NCBI GenBank assembly: GCA_040222775.1 | Contig: JAVKCL010000015.1 | Coordinates: 162,975 to 226,974 of the forward strand | Direction: 5' to 3' | Length of the DNA: 64,000 bases | From: Pseudomonadales bacterium | GTDB taxonomy: Bacteria > Pseudomonadota > Gammaproteobacteria > Pseudomonadales > Azotimanducaceae | In this document: in pieces, positions 48,848 through 57,428 of the stretch | Layout: every line of letters starts with the position of its first letter | How positions within the stretch are numbered: the stretch's first letter is position 1 | Notes under the pieces: model-generated | What the model was told of the DNA's origin: nothing | Database searches by the model: none | What the model saw: the letters and a program-made list of their open reading frames with translations, nothing else | Made by a program: the position numbers and the translations under genes

Positions 48848-49654
48848 ATGGGTGCAACAGGCCAGGATTTCAGTTCGGTGTGCCGCAGCTGGCGCCAGTT
48901 CCGCAGACTCTCGCAGCTGGAACTTGCGCTCGCCGCCAATGTATCGCAACGCCATGTCAGCTGGTTGGAGACGGGCAAAAGTCAGCCCAGTCGCGAAATG
49001 GTGGTGCGCCTTTCAGAGGCGCTGGATGTGCCGCTGCGCGAACGCAACGTGATGCTGCAGGCAGCCGGTTACGCCGGCACGTTTCGCGAACGCGAGTTGA
49101 GTGAACCGGCCATGGAGCCGGCCATGAATGTGCTCAAAACCATGCTGGATCACCACGACCCGTTACCGGCCTTTGTCATCGACCCGTGCTGGAATGTGAA
49201 AATGCAGAATGCGGCGGCGGATCGCATGCTCAAGTTCGGCACCGACGCCCAGCTGTGGACGCTGGACGATGATAACAGCGTGCGCAACGTGGCATGGCTG
49301 ACCCTGCATCCGCAGGGTTTGCGCCCGCATATTACCAACTGGTCACAGATCGCGCCGGACTTCGCGCGGCGGCTGCGTCGTCAGGCAATGGCATCGGTAG
49401 ACCCGGAGGTACAAGAGGCGCTGCAGCAGCTGATCGCACTGGCCGGTCCAGAGGAAGAATTCGCGCTGGATCAGAGCGAGCTGCATCCGGCTTTACCCAT
49501 GGACATCAAAGTGGGTGATATCGAGCTGAGCTTCTTTACCGTAGTCTCGGCCTTTGACTCCCCGCTGGATGTCACCCTGGACGAACTGCGTATCGAAAGT
49601 CTGTATCCGACCAACGAACAGACCCGCGCGTTTTTTCACGCCCTGGCGGCCTGA
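48848..49654 (+). CDS. XRE-family HTH regulator with MmyB-like ligand-binding domain
   Basis: RRLSQLELALAANVSQRHVSWLETGKSQPSREMV and ELRIESLYP. Confidence 0.88.
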   Translation: MGATGQDFSSVCRSWRQFRRLSQLELALAANVSQRHVSWLETGKSQPSREMVVRLSEALDVPLRERNVMLQAAGYAGTFRERELSEPAMEPAMNVLKTMLDHHDPLPAFVIDPCWNVKMQNAAADRMLKFGTDAQLWTLDDDNSVRNVAWLTLHPQGLRPHITNWSQIAPDFARRLRRQAMASVDPEVQEALQQLIALAGPEEEFALDQSELHPALPMDIKVGDIELSFFTVVSAFDSPLDVTLDELRIESLYPTNEQTRAFFHALAA

Positions 49655-49719
49655 ACGCGGGTTATGCAGCGGCGGGATTCGCGTACAATGCGGTTTCCCT
49701 GAAGTCACCCCGCGAGTCG

Positions 49720-51465
49720 ATGTCTAAATTTTTTAATGCCTTTTCCGTGGTCCTGCTGGGCCTGTGTCTGAGTGCCTGTGCGGACGTAGCTGTAACAGCG
49801 AAAACACCGGCGGCACCGGTGCAGGGTTGGCCCCATGGCGCGATTGCCACGACCGCCAATCCCCATGCCACACAGGCGGCCGCTGACATGCTTGCCCGCG
49901 GCGGTCATGCCGTGGATGCGGTGATTGCAGCCCATGCCGTACTGGGACTGGTTGAACCACAGAGTTCAGGCCTTGGGGGTGGTGCCTTTCTGCTCACCTT
50001 TGATTACCAGAGCCGGGCGATGACCTTCCTGGACGGCCGGGAAATGGCGCCCGCCGGGGCGCGCGTGGATATGTTCATGCGTGACGGCGAGGTTATGGAT
50101 TTCTTTACCGCCTGGCAGAGTGGTCTGGCGGTGGGTGTGCCCGGAGCTGTGGCTTTGTACAAAGCGGCGCATGACAAGTACGGCATTCTGCCGTGGCGCG
50201 ACTTGTTCGCGCCGGCCATACGTCTGGCTGAAGATGGCTTTGCGGTGTCTCCGCGACTGGCAGACATGTTGCAACGGCTGAACGGTCGCGGCCGACTCAG
50301 TGTCAACCCGCCCACCCGGGACTATTTCTATCCCGGCGGCGTGCCGCTCCCGGCCGGTCACAAGCTGGTCAATCAGGCCTATGCCGACACCCTCAAGCGC
50401 GTCGCCGCGGAAGGCCCAGCGGCCTTTTACCAGGGCCCCATAGCCCGGGCTATCGTTGATGCTGTGCAGGCGGAGCCGCTGGGCGGCAGTCTGACCCTGG
50501 CAGACCTGGCGGCCTATGAAGTGAAGGCGCGTCCAGTGGTTTGTGGCGTTTTCAGGACCGACAGAATCTGCACCACAACGCCGCCCTCATCAGGTGGGGC
50601 GCAGATCATGATCGCCGCCATCTATGATCACCTGGTGGACGCTGACAGCACCCGGCTGGATCGCAAAACCGCCTTTGTGGATGCCCAACGGTTGGCCTAT
50701 GCCGACCGCGATCATTACTTTGGTGATCCGGATGCCGTTCAGGTGTCACTTGAGGACCTGCTGAATCCTGTCTATCTCAGGCACCGCGCAGAGCAGAAAT
50801 TCGCCCCTGATGCGCCCGCTGTGCATGGTGACCCGGCAGCCGTCCTTGGACGGGCTGACGCCATTACCTGGTCGGTGGATACCACTCAGGAAGCGGCGGG
50901 GACCACCCACTTGAGCATCATCGACAGCATGGGCAACGCAGTGGCCATGACCGCCACGGTAGAAGCGCCGTTTGGCTCGTCGCGCTGGGCACATGGCTTT
51001 CTGCTCAACAATGAAATGACTGACTTTGCGCGGGACTATGATGCCGACGCGCCGCCCCAGGCCAATGCCATCCGCCCGCATACCCGGCCGCGCTCATCCA
51101 TGTCGCCGACCATGATTTTTGATGCCCAGGGTGGGCTGCGCATGGTGACGGGTTCGCCGGGTGGTAACTCCATTCCGGCCTATGTGTCTAAATCCATCCT
51201 CGGGGTGATGGACTGGGGTCTGTCGCCACAGGCAGCCCTGGATCATGCCAACATCATCGCTCGGGGTGATCGCATACGTGTGGAAGTGTCCATGCCCGAA
51301 GGCCAGACGATTGCTGAACATCTGGCCGGGCTGGGCTACGATGTGCAGCAGCGAGAAGGTGAAAACTCAGGTCTGCATGTCATTGTGATCGACGCTGAGG
51401 GTGTGCACGGTGCTGCTGACAAACGTCGGGAAGGCACCGTCTGGCGGGAACACGCCAAGCCCTAG
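49720..51465 (+). CDS. ggt: Gamma-glutamyltransferase family lipoprotein
   Basis: VEPQSSGLGGG, DGREMAP, autocleavage GTTHLS, LNNEMTDF, RPRSSMSP and GSPGG. Lipobox LSAC. Confidence 0.9.
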   Translation: MSKFFNAFSVVLLGLCLSACADVAVTAKTPAAPVQGWPHGAIATTANPHATQAAADMLARGGHAVDAVIAAHAVLGLVEPQSSGLGGGAFLLTFDYQSRAMTFLDGREMAPAGARVDMFMRDGEVMDFFTAWQSGLAVGVPGAVALYKAAHDKYGILPWRDLFAPAIRLAEDGFAVSPRLADMLQRLNGRGRLSVNPPTRDYFYPGGVPLPAGHKLVNQAYADTLKRVAAEGPAAFYQGPIARAIVDAVQAEPLGGSLTLADLAAYEVKARPVVCGVFRTDRICTTTPPSSGGAQIMIAAIYDHLVDADSTRLDRKTAFVDAQRLAYADRDHYFGDPDAVQVSLEDLLNPVYLRHRAEQKFAPDAPAVHGDPAAVLGRADAITWSVDTTQEAAGTTHLSIIDSMGNAVAMTATVEAPFGSSRWAHGFLLNNEMTDFARDYDADAPPQANAIRPHTRPRSSMSPTMIFDAQGGLRMVTGSPGGNSIPAYVSKSILGVMDWGLSPQAALDHANIIARGDRIRVEVSMPEGQTIAEHLAGLGYDVQQREGENSGLHVIVIDAEGVHGAADKRREGTVWREHAKP

Positions 51466-51529
51466 GTAAGCTCCGCCTGAGCAACCCGCAAAGGGGGCTT
51501 TAAGCAGATGAGACTGAAGCAGAGCCGCC

Positions 51530-52669
51530 CTAGTCTGTTTTTGTGTCCAGGCCTTCGATGGGTTTGTAATAAGGCTTGTCGCCCAGGGATTCAACCTTCT
51601 TCACCCAGTTACGGCCGGCTTCTTCCGGCGTGTAAGACCAGTCCTGCCGATGGTAATTCCAGCTGTCCGGATTGAGCTTCTGCGCCAGGGCCCAGTATTC
51701 GTCGGCTTTGTCTTCGTTGCCCTGGCTCTGGAAATAATTGCCTAATCTGAATGCGGGCTCGGCGCGGGCCTGTTCCTTATCCGGCGCCTTAAGCTTGATC
51801 TGCTTGGCGTCCTTAAGGTAGGGGCTTGCGTCACCGCTGTGTGCCCAGTTGACCACCATCGGCGCATAGTCGGCGCGGCCAAACTCAAAATCACCGTTTT
51901 TGTGCGTGGTGGCGTATGCACCCTCATCGATGCGGCGCACCTTACCCGTACGGTCAATCCAGACTGCCGAGGGCACGTTAACCAGATTATACAGGGCGCT
52001 GATGGTGTGATTGACATCCACCAGGCCGACAAAGGTGATACCCGCCTGTTCATACCAGGGGGCGGCCGCCTTCAGCCCTTCCACGTCCTGGGCTGCGGCG
52101 ATGATGACAAAGTCTTCGCGGTCGATGTTTTCGTAAACTGCCTGCCAACCTGACAGGTCATAGCGGCAGCCTCACCAACTGGCCCAGCTGAGCAGCATGA
52201 TGTTCTTGCCCTTAAAGTCGGACAGTGACACCTGGTTACCCTGCCAGTCGGGCAGGGTGAAATCCGGAGCTATGCCCTGATTGTGAAAGGCCTGACGTTG
52301 TACCGGGATGGCGCCGAAACTCCAGGTATCGCTGGTGTAGTCCGCTACCACCGGCTGTTGCACCCGCCGCGCGAGTTCGGTGGCGTTAACCCAGCCGTCG
52401 CCACTGCGTTGCACAAAAATACTGGAATCTTCCTGCTGTCGGATAGGCACACAGATGTCGTCCAGGCAGGCGCCTTCGGGTTTGAGTTCAAAACCATCAA
52501 TTTTGGGCAGATCCTGGGTGCGCACCCACAGGTCGGTGGGAGCGGGCAGCGTAGGCGAGATCTCCTGCACGCCATTCATGGTCAGCACGGTCGCTGCCTG
52601 AGCGCTGGCGGCAGTTGCCACGTATGTCAGGCCGACACAGGTCAGCAGACGCCAATCCGGTATTTTCAC
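51530..52669 (-). CDS. Probable exported selenoprotein: ResA/TlpA-like thioredoxin-fold protein with a WASW-U-GC motif (in-frame UGA at 52174-52172)
   Basis: ORFs 52172..52729 and 51530..52084 share a frame, separated only by one TGA and 29 open codons. The joined protein reads APDFTLPDWQGNQVSLSDFKGKNIMLLSWASW-U-GCRYDLSGWQ...NVPSAVWID. GTG start after GGAG; signal peptide ending ASAQA. Confidence 0.85.
52142..52169 (-). promoter_or_regulatory. Putative bacterial SECIS element
   Basis: mRNA after the UGA reads GG-CUGCC-GCUAU-GACCU-GUC-AGGUU-GGCAG. The apical loop starts with G, 17 nt after the UGA. Confidence 0.6.
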
Positions 52670-52748
52670 AGGCCCGTCTCCAGGTTGGGTCAGTTCACTG
52701 TACCTGGGTTGCCCCAGAGTGCAACTCACTGCACACAGTGCTGCAGGG

Positions 52749-54134
52749 TTATTTTACGATGCGGGCCTTAACACTACGTGCTTTGATCCGCCCGCGGGCC
52801 AGATAATTGAGCGCCTGGGGCGCCGCGGCGCGTGCAATGGCGACATAGCAGTTGGTCTCGCCGATATTGATCTTGCCGATGTCTGCGCCGTCCAGGCCGG
52901 CGTCCTTGGTCAACGCACCCAGTACGTCGCCGGGTCTGATCTTGTTCTTACGCCCGGCATTGATTTCCACGGTGGTCATGGCGGCAAACAGTCGGTAGTC
53001 CGGGTTCTGATCCAGCGAAGCGTACACGTCGCGCAGACAAGGCTCGCCGGTAAATGCCTCAATGGCTTTAACACGCGAGGCCTCCGCTTCGGTAAAGATG
53101 CTGAACGCCTGGCCGCTCTCTCCAGCACGCCCGGTGCGTCCCACCCGGTGGACATAGACTTCAGGATCGCGGGGCAGCTCGTAGTTGATCACCGCCGGCA
53201 GGGCCTTGATGTCCAGACCGCGGGCTGCCACATCTGTGGCCACCAGCACCGGACAGCTGTCGTTGCTGAACTGGATGAGTATCTGATCCCGCTCCCGTTG
53301 TTCAAAATCGCCGTGCAGCGCACGAGCCTGGATCTTATGGTCATTAAGCAGGGATGCGACCTGGTTGCACTGAACCTTGGTATGGCAGAACACCAGTGCC
53401 GAGGTCAGCTGGTAGTGGGCGAAAATAGCCAGCAGGGTGCCGTGCCGCTCGTGCTTGCTGACTTCGAAGAACAGCTGCTGGATGGCTTCACCCTGGGCGG
53501 CGATATCGGCCGTGACCATGGCCGGGTTGCGCTGTAGTTTGCGGCTGATCTGCTGTATTTCCGGTGGATACGTCGCAGAGAACAGCAGGGTCTGTCGATT
53601 TCCGGGCGCGGCTCTGGCGATGGTGGTCACATCCGGCAGGAAACCCATATCCAGCATGCGGTCGGCTTCATCCAGCACCAGGGTCTTCAGTTCTTTAAGA
53701 TCCAACGTGGTGCGTTCGATGTGGTCGAGCAGGCGACCCGGCGTGCCGACCACCACATGTACACCATGCTGCAGCGAGTTTTTCTGCGGTCCCAGCGGTT
53801 TGCCACCGGTCAACGTCAGACATTTGAGATTTGGCAGGGCTCGGGCCAGGCGGCGTATTTCCTGGGTTACCTGCTCTGCCAGCTCCCGCGTGGGACACAC
53901 CACCAGTGCTTGCACCTGGTTGCTGCTGACGTCGATGCTGCGCAACAGACCCAGCGCGAAGGCACAGGTCTTACCGCTGCCCGTGCGGGCCTGACCGATC
54001 AGATCCTGTCCAGCCAGCATCAGCGGCAGACTCTCGGCCTGAATGGGCGTCATGCTCAGGTAGCCGAGTTCAGAAAGGTTTTTTAACTGCGCGGGGGACA
54101 GATCCAGACTGGCGAAATCTTGCTCGGCGGACAT
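52749..54134 (-). CDS. dbpA: ATP-dependent RNA helicase DbpA
   Basis: ARTGSGKT, PTRELA, DEAD, SAT, HRVGRTGR and the C-terminal DbpA RNA-binding domain (GRKNKIRPGDVLGAL). Confidence 0.93.
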   Translation of the reverse strand: MSAEQDFASLDLSPAQLKNLSELGYLSMTPIQAESLPLMLAGQDLIGQARTGSGKTCAFALGLLRSIDVSSNQVQALVVCPTRELAEQVTQEIRRLARALPNLKCLTLTGGKPLGPQKNSLQHGVHVVVGTPGRLLDHIERTTLDLKELKTLVLDEADRMLDMGFLPDVTTIARAAPGNRQTLLFSATYPPEIQQISRKLQRNPAMVTADIAAQGEAIQQLFFEVSKHERHGTLLAIFAHYQLTSALVFCHTKVQCNQVASLLNDHKIQARALHGDFEQRERDQILIQFSNDSCPVLVATDVAARGLDIKALPAVINYELPRDPEVYVHRVGRTGRAGESGQAFSIFTEAEASRVKAIEAFTGEPCLRDVYASLDQNPDYRLFAAMTTVEINAGRKNKIRPGDVLGALTKDAGLDGADIGKINIGETNCYVAIARAAAPQALNYLARGRIKARSVKARIVK

Positions 54135-54225
54135 GGGCAGGTCACTTGTATCGGGGCCGGCATCATACAGCTAAAGTCGTCCCTATAAAGTAGAATCTCG
54201 GTCTACAAACACAGTGAGATACGAC

Positions 54226-54678
54226 ATGTTGAATATCGGGGACCCGGCGCCAGAGTTTGAATTGACGGACCAGCACGGTGAGCTGATATCGCTGCAGGCG
54301 GAGCTCGCCACCGGGGGCGTCATCCTGTATTTCTATCCGGCTGATTTTTCGCCGGTCTGCACCGCCGAGGCATGCACTTTTCGTGACAACTACGCCGGGG
54401 TCGAGGATGTGGGTTTGACCATCATCGGCATCAGCCCGCAGAGTGAGAAAAGTCATGAGCGCTTTGCCGCACAGTACGATATTCCGTTCTCCCTACTGGG
54501 TGATCCCGGCAAGAAGGTCATCCGTGCCTACGGCGTAGATGGACCCTTTGGTATGGGCGTACGGCGCGCCACCTTTCACATCGACCAGTCCGGGCTGGTA
54601 AAAAACCGGGTGGTGGCGGACTTTTTCGTCGGTTCCCACGTCGATCTGCTCAAACAGGCGGTGGCGGACAGCGACTGA
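54226..54678 (+). CDS. bcp: Peroxiredoxin, BCP/PrxQ subfamily
   Basis: YFYPADFSPVCTAEACTFRD, IIGIS and RRATF. Confidence 0.85.
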   Translation: MLNIGDPAPEFELTDQHGELISLQAELATGGVILYFYPADFSPVCTAEACTFRDNYAGVEDVGLTIIGISPQSEKSHERFAAQYDIPFSLLGDPGKKVIRAYGVDGPFGMGVRRATFHIDQSGLVKNRVVADFFVGSHVDLLKQAVADSD

Positions 54679-54720
54679 GTCCAGCGTGCTAGTAAATCGT
54701 CTATTCGAGCGTCCGCTATC

Positions 54721-55700
54721 TGGAGTTCCCAGCTTTTAGTGGACATCGGATTTAAACTTCGTATTTGAAGCTTCAAACTCATTAGGACTGACGCCTCCCA
54801 AATGCTGATGTCGTCGAGTCGCATTATAAAACGCGTCGATATAGTCTGATATGTCTTCGGATGCGATCTGTCGATTTTTGTAGATTTTCTTCTTGATGCG
54901 TTCTTTCTTGAGGCTGCTGAAAAAGGACTCCGCGACGGCATTATCCCAGCAGTTGCCGCGACGGCTCATACTAGGCTCGAGCTTGTTCGATTTACAGAAT
55001 CTGCGCCAGTCGTCACTGCCGTACTGTGAACCCTGATCGGAATGGATAATAGTCCCATGTGGCTTTCGCTGGCGAACTGCCATTAGGATCGCATCCAGCG
55101 CTAACTCCCGGCGCAATGTTTGATGTGCAGCCCAGCCGATAACTTTTCTCGAAAACAAGTCCAAAACAACAGCTACGTAAAGCCAACCTTCCCAAGTGCG
55201 GATATAGGTGATGTCTGTGACCCATACCTTGTCTGGGCGTGAGACATTGAAGTCTCGCTTGACCAAATCAGGAATCAGTTCGGCGGGTTTGCCAGCAACG
55301 TATCGACGCGTGCGGTATCCAGCCTGGGCCCGAATACCATTTTCACGCATAAGCCGGGCGACACGATGCTTGCTGCAAGTTTCCCCTGCTTCCCTTAGAT
55401 CCAGAAAAACGCGCGGCGCGCCATACACGCCCTGACTGGCTTTATACGAAGCTCGGATCAGACGAAGCAATCGAGCGTCTTCTTTTTGGCGTTCCGATTT
55501 CGGGTGTTTAAGCCATTTGTAGTACCCGCTTGGGGCAACTCCCAACAGGCGGCACATCATTCTAACGTCGTGCTTTCCCTGCTTGGCTTTTATGAATGCA
55601 TACTTTCGGCGAACTTCGCTGGGCTCTTTCTTTGGCACTGTAGACCTCGCTTCTCATGGCTTGAGCGAAACAGAGTGTCCACTAAATCCTGGGAACTCCA
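54721..55700 (-). mobile_element. 980-bp IS3-family insertion sequence with a single ORF
   Basis: TG...CA ends. 25-bp terminal IRs match at 23 of 25 positions (TGGAGTTCCCAG[CT/GA]TTTAGTGGACA). ATC target duplication at 54718-54720 and 55701-55703. Confidence 0.92.
54736..55638 (-). CDS. IS3-family DDE transposase (OrfB-like only)
   Basis: MCRLLGVAPSGYY, YGAPRV, WVTDITY, HSDQGSQY and GNCWDNAVAESFF. GAGG RBS before the GTG; stop codon lies inside the IR. Confidence 0.93.
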   Translation of the reverse strand: MPKKEPSEVRRKYAFIKAKQGKHDVRMMCRLLGVAPSGYYKWLKHPKSERQKEDARLLRLIRASYKASQGVYGAPRVFLDLREAGETCSKHRVARLMRENGIRAQAGYRTRRYVAGKPAELIPDLVKRDFNVSRPDKVWVTDITYIRTWEGWLYVAVVLDLFSRKVIGWAAHQTLRRELALDAILMAVRQRKPHGTIIHSDQGSQYGSDDWRRFCKSNKLEPSMSRRGNCWDNAVAESFFSSLKKERIKKKIYKNRQIASEDISDYIDAFYNATRRHQHLGGVSPNEFEASNTKFKSDVH

Positions 55701-55782
55701 ATCGACCCAATCCGGACATATTGAGCCGTGTTGAATGCAATATACTGCGCTAATTCTCCCCTGAAAGATCGTGTACTTAGTT

Positions 55783-56379
55783 ATGGCTGGTTTAAGAGTT
55801 TTGGTTAATGAGCATGAAGTTGCATCAGTATCTAATGATGGGCTGAATCTCATTAGTCTCCGGGTGAGTGGCGACGTAGTTGGTGATGAACTCGCTGTTG
55901 TCGAGTTAACAGGTGGAAACTATAGCGGAGAAGGTACTACTCACCTGACTTGGATAAGCGGACGTGAACTGTCGGAAGACGACGTGGTGGAAGTTCTTTT
56001 TTTAGAGGACATACAGTCGTCACATACCGGGAAAACAATCGAAGAGCTGTTTCCCGACTACGAAGAGAACGAACTACCGAGCCAGTCTATTGACGAGATT
56101 TTCAGCGATCTTTCAATAAAGCCGAAGCAGCGTGAGGGACACAAATTTCACCTGACTCTGCCCGATGGCGAAGTGCGGCTGCTTGCTACTGACCAAAAGG
56201 ACTTTAGCTTCGGTTTTAGCGTCATGTGGAAATGGATTAAGCCCAATGAGGCATCCGTCTGGTTGACATCAAATTCGCTGGAAGGAGTCAGGGACCGGGC
56301 GGACGGGACGACCCACGCTAAGCTCCGCCTTCACTATGGAGAGTCGGTTCAGATACGAACCGCTACTAATAAAATATAG
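55783..56379 (+). CDS. Hypothetical protein; AT-richer orphan gene
   Basis: Clean ORF of about 198 aa whose codon usage is visibly different from its neighbours. No motif recognised. Confidence 0.65.
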   Translation: MAGLRVLVNEHEVASVSNDGLNLISLRVSGDVVGDELAVVELTGGNYSGEGTTHLTWISGRELSEDDVVEVLFLEDIQSSHTGKTIEELFPDYEENELPSQSIDEIFSDLSIKPKQREGHKFHLTLPDGEVRLLATDQKDFSFGFSVMWKWIKPNEASVWLTSNSLEGVRDRADGTTHAKLRLHYGESVQIRTATNKI

Positions 56380-56380
56380 G

Positions 56381-56410
56381 AATGGCGGCTCCTGGCCGAA
56401 AGCGGCCGTT
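56381..56410. repeat. Imperfect palindrome with 10-nt spacer, related to the IS-interrupted palindrome at 54711-54720/55701-55717
   Basis: AATGGCGGCT-CCTGGCCGAA-AGCGGCCGTT. Confidence 0.65.
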
Positions 56411-56431
56411 CGTACGCGGGTTTACAGTTTC

Positions 56432-57358
56432 CTAGTCTTCCGGCGGGGTATCCGGCATCGGGTAGTGCAGTCCGGGAATGCCCGCCGATAACGCCTGATA
56501 CCATTCCGGTCGTGGCTGCACCGGCTCATAGTCGGTGGGCACCATGGGTTTGTCGGTATTCCACTCATGATGGATGGGCGGGATCTGAAAGGTGCCGTTC
56601 GAGGCATTGGTACCACCATCCACCAGCAGATCGACACCCGTGATATAGCTGGCCAGATCCGAGGCCAGGAACAATACCGCGTTGGTCACCTCCTGCGCTT
56701 CGCCCACCCGGCGCATAGGCGTGCGACTGGCGATCCACTTGTCGATGCCCATGGCTTCCAGCATGGGGCGGGTCATTTCCGTGACGATAAAGCCCGGTGA
56801 AACCGAGTTGACCCGTACCCCGCGGTCGGCCCACTCCACCCCGAGCTGGTAAGTCAGGTTCAACAGTCCGCCTTTGGCCGCCGTGTAGCCGATGACATTG
56901 TTCTCATTGCCGCCGCTGGCGAGGATGGAGCAGATGTTGACGATGGCGCCACTGCTGCGTTTGAGCATGTGGTGGCCGCAGTCACGGGCGAAATAGAAGG
57001 CGCCCACCAGGTCCACCGCCAGAATGCGATTGAAGGTTTCAGCATCAAACTGCTCGGCAGCCACACCGCGTGGATCGGCAATGCCGGCGTTGTTGATCAG
57101 CACGTCGATTTTACCGTGCTCGGCCAGGCCGGTGGTGATGACGTTTTTGACATCGGCTTCTTCAGCCACATCGCCGCTAACGACCGTAACCGTGGCCCCG
57201 TGTTCGCGACACTTTACCGCCACCTGTTCCAACAGATCTGTTGAGCGGGCTGTCAGGATCAGATCCGCACCACTTTCGGCGAATGCATATGCAAATTGTT
57301 CACCCAGTCCATACGAAGCGCCCGTGATCAGCACCGTCTTGTTGTTGAAGTCGAACAT
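56432..57358 (-). CDS. SDR family oxidoreductase
   Basis: ITGASYGLG, LINNAG, YTAAK and VRVNSVSPG. Start trimmed to MFDFNNK. Confidence 0.9.
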   Translation of the reverse strand: MFDFNNKTVLITGASYGLGEQFAYAFAESGADLILTARSTDLLEQVAVKCREHGATVTVVSGDVAEEADVKNVITTGLAEHGKIDVLINNAGIADPRGVAAEQFDAETFNRILAVDLVGAFYFARDCGHHMLKRSSGAIVNICSILASGGNENNVIGYTAAKGGLLNLTYQLGVEWADRGVRVNSVSPGFIVTEMTRPMLEAMGIDKWIASRTPMRRVGEAQEVTNAVLFLASDLASYITGVDLLVDGGTNASNGTFQIPPIHHEWNTDKPMVPTDYEPVQPRPEWYQALSAGIPGLHYPMPDTPPED

Positions 57359-57428
57359 ACTTTCCCCTGTTTGCTTAGCCTTGTGATTCAGGCATCCTGC
57401 CAGTGTAGCGGTATTGGCTGGAAAGATA

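Noticed and set aside
52172-52174. TGA read as a nonsense mutation (pseudogene) or as the boundary of two genes
   Set aside because: It falls exactly at the catalytic Cys position, both halves are intact and in frame, and a SECIS-like hairpin follows, so Sec recoding is the simpler reading.
55590-55853. 87-aa minus-strand ORF as a candidate IS3 OrfA
   Set aside because: It starts outside the element, crosses the IR, has no HTH and lies antisense to the orphan gene.
56381-56410. Integron attC site or intrinsic terminator
   Set aside because: No RYYYAAC/GTTRRRY pair, too short for attC, and no U tract on either strand.
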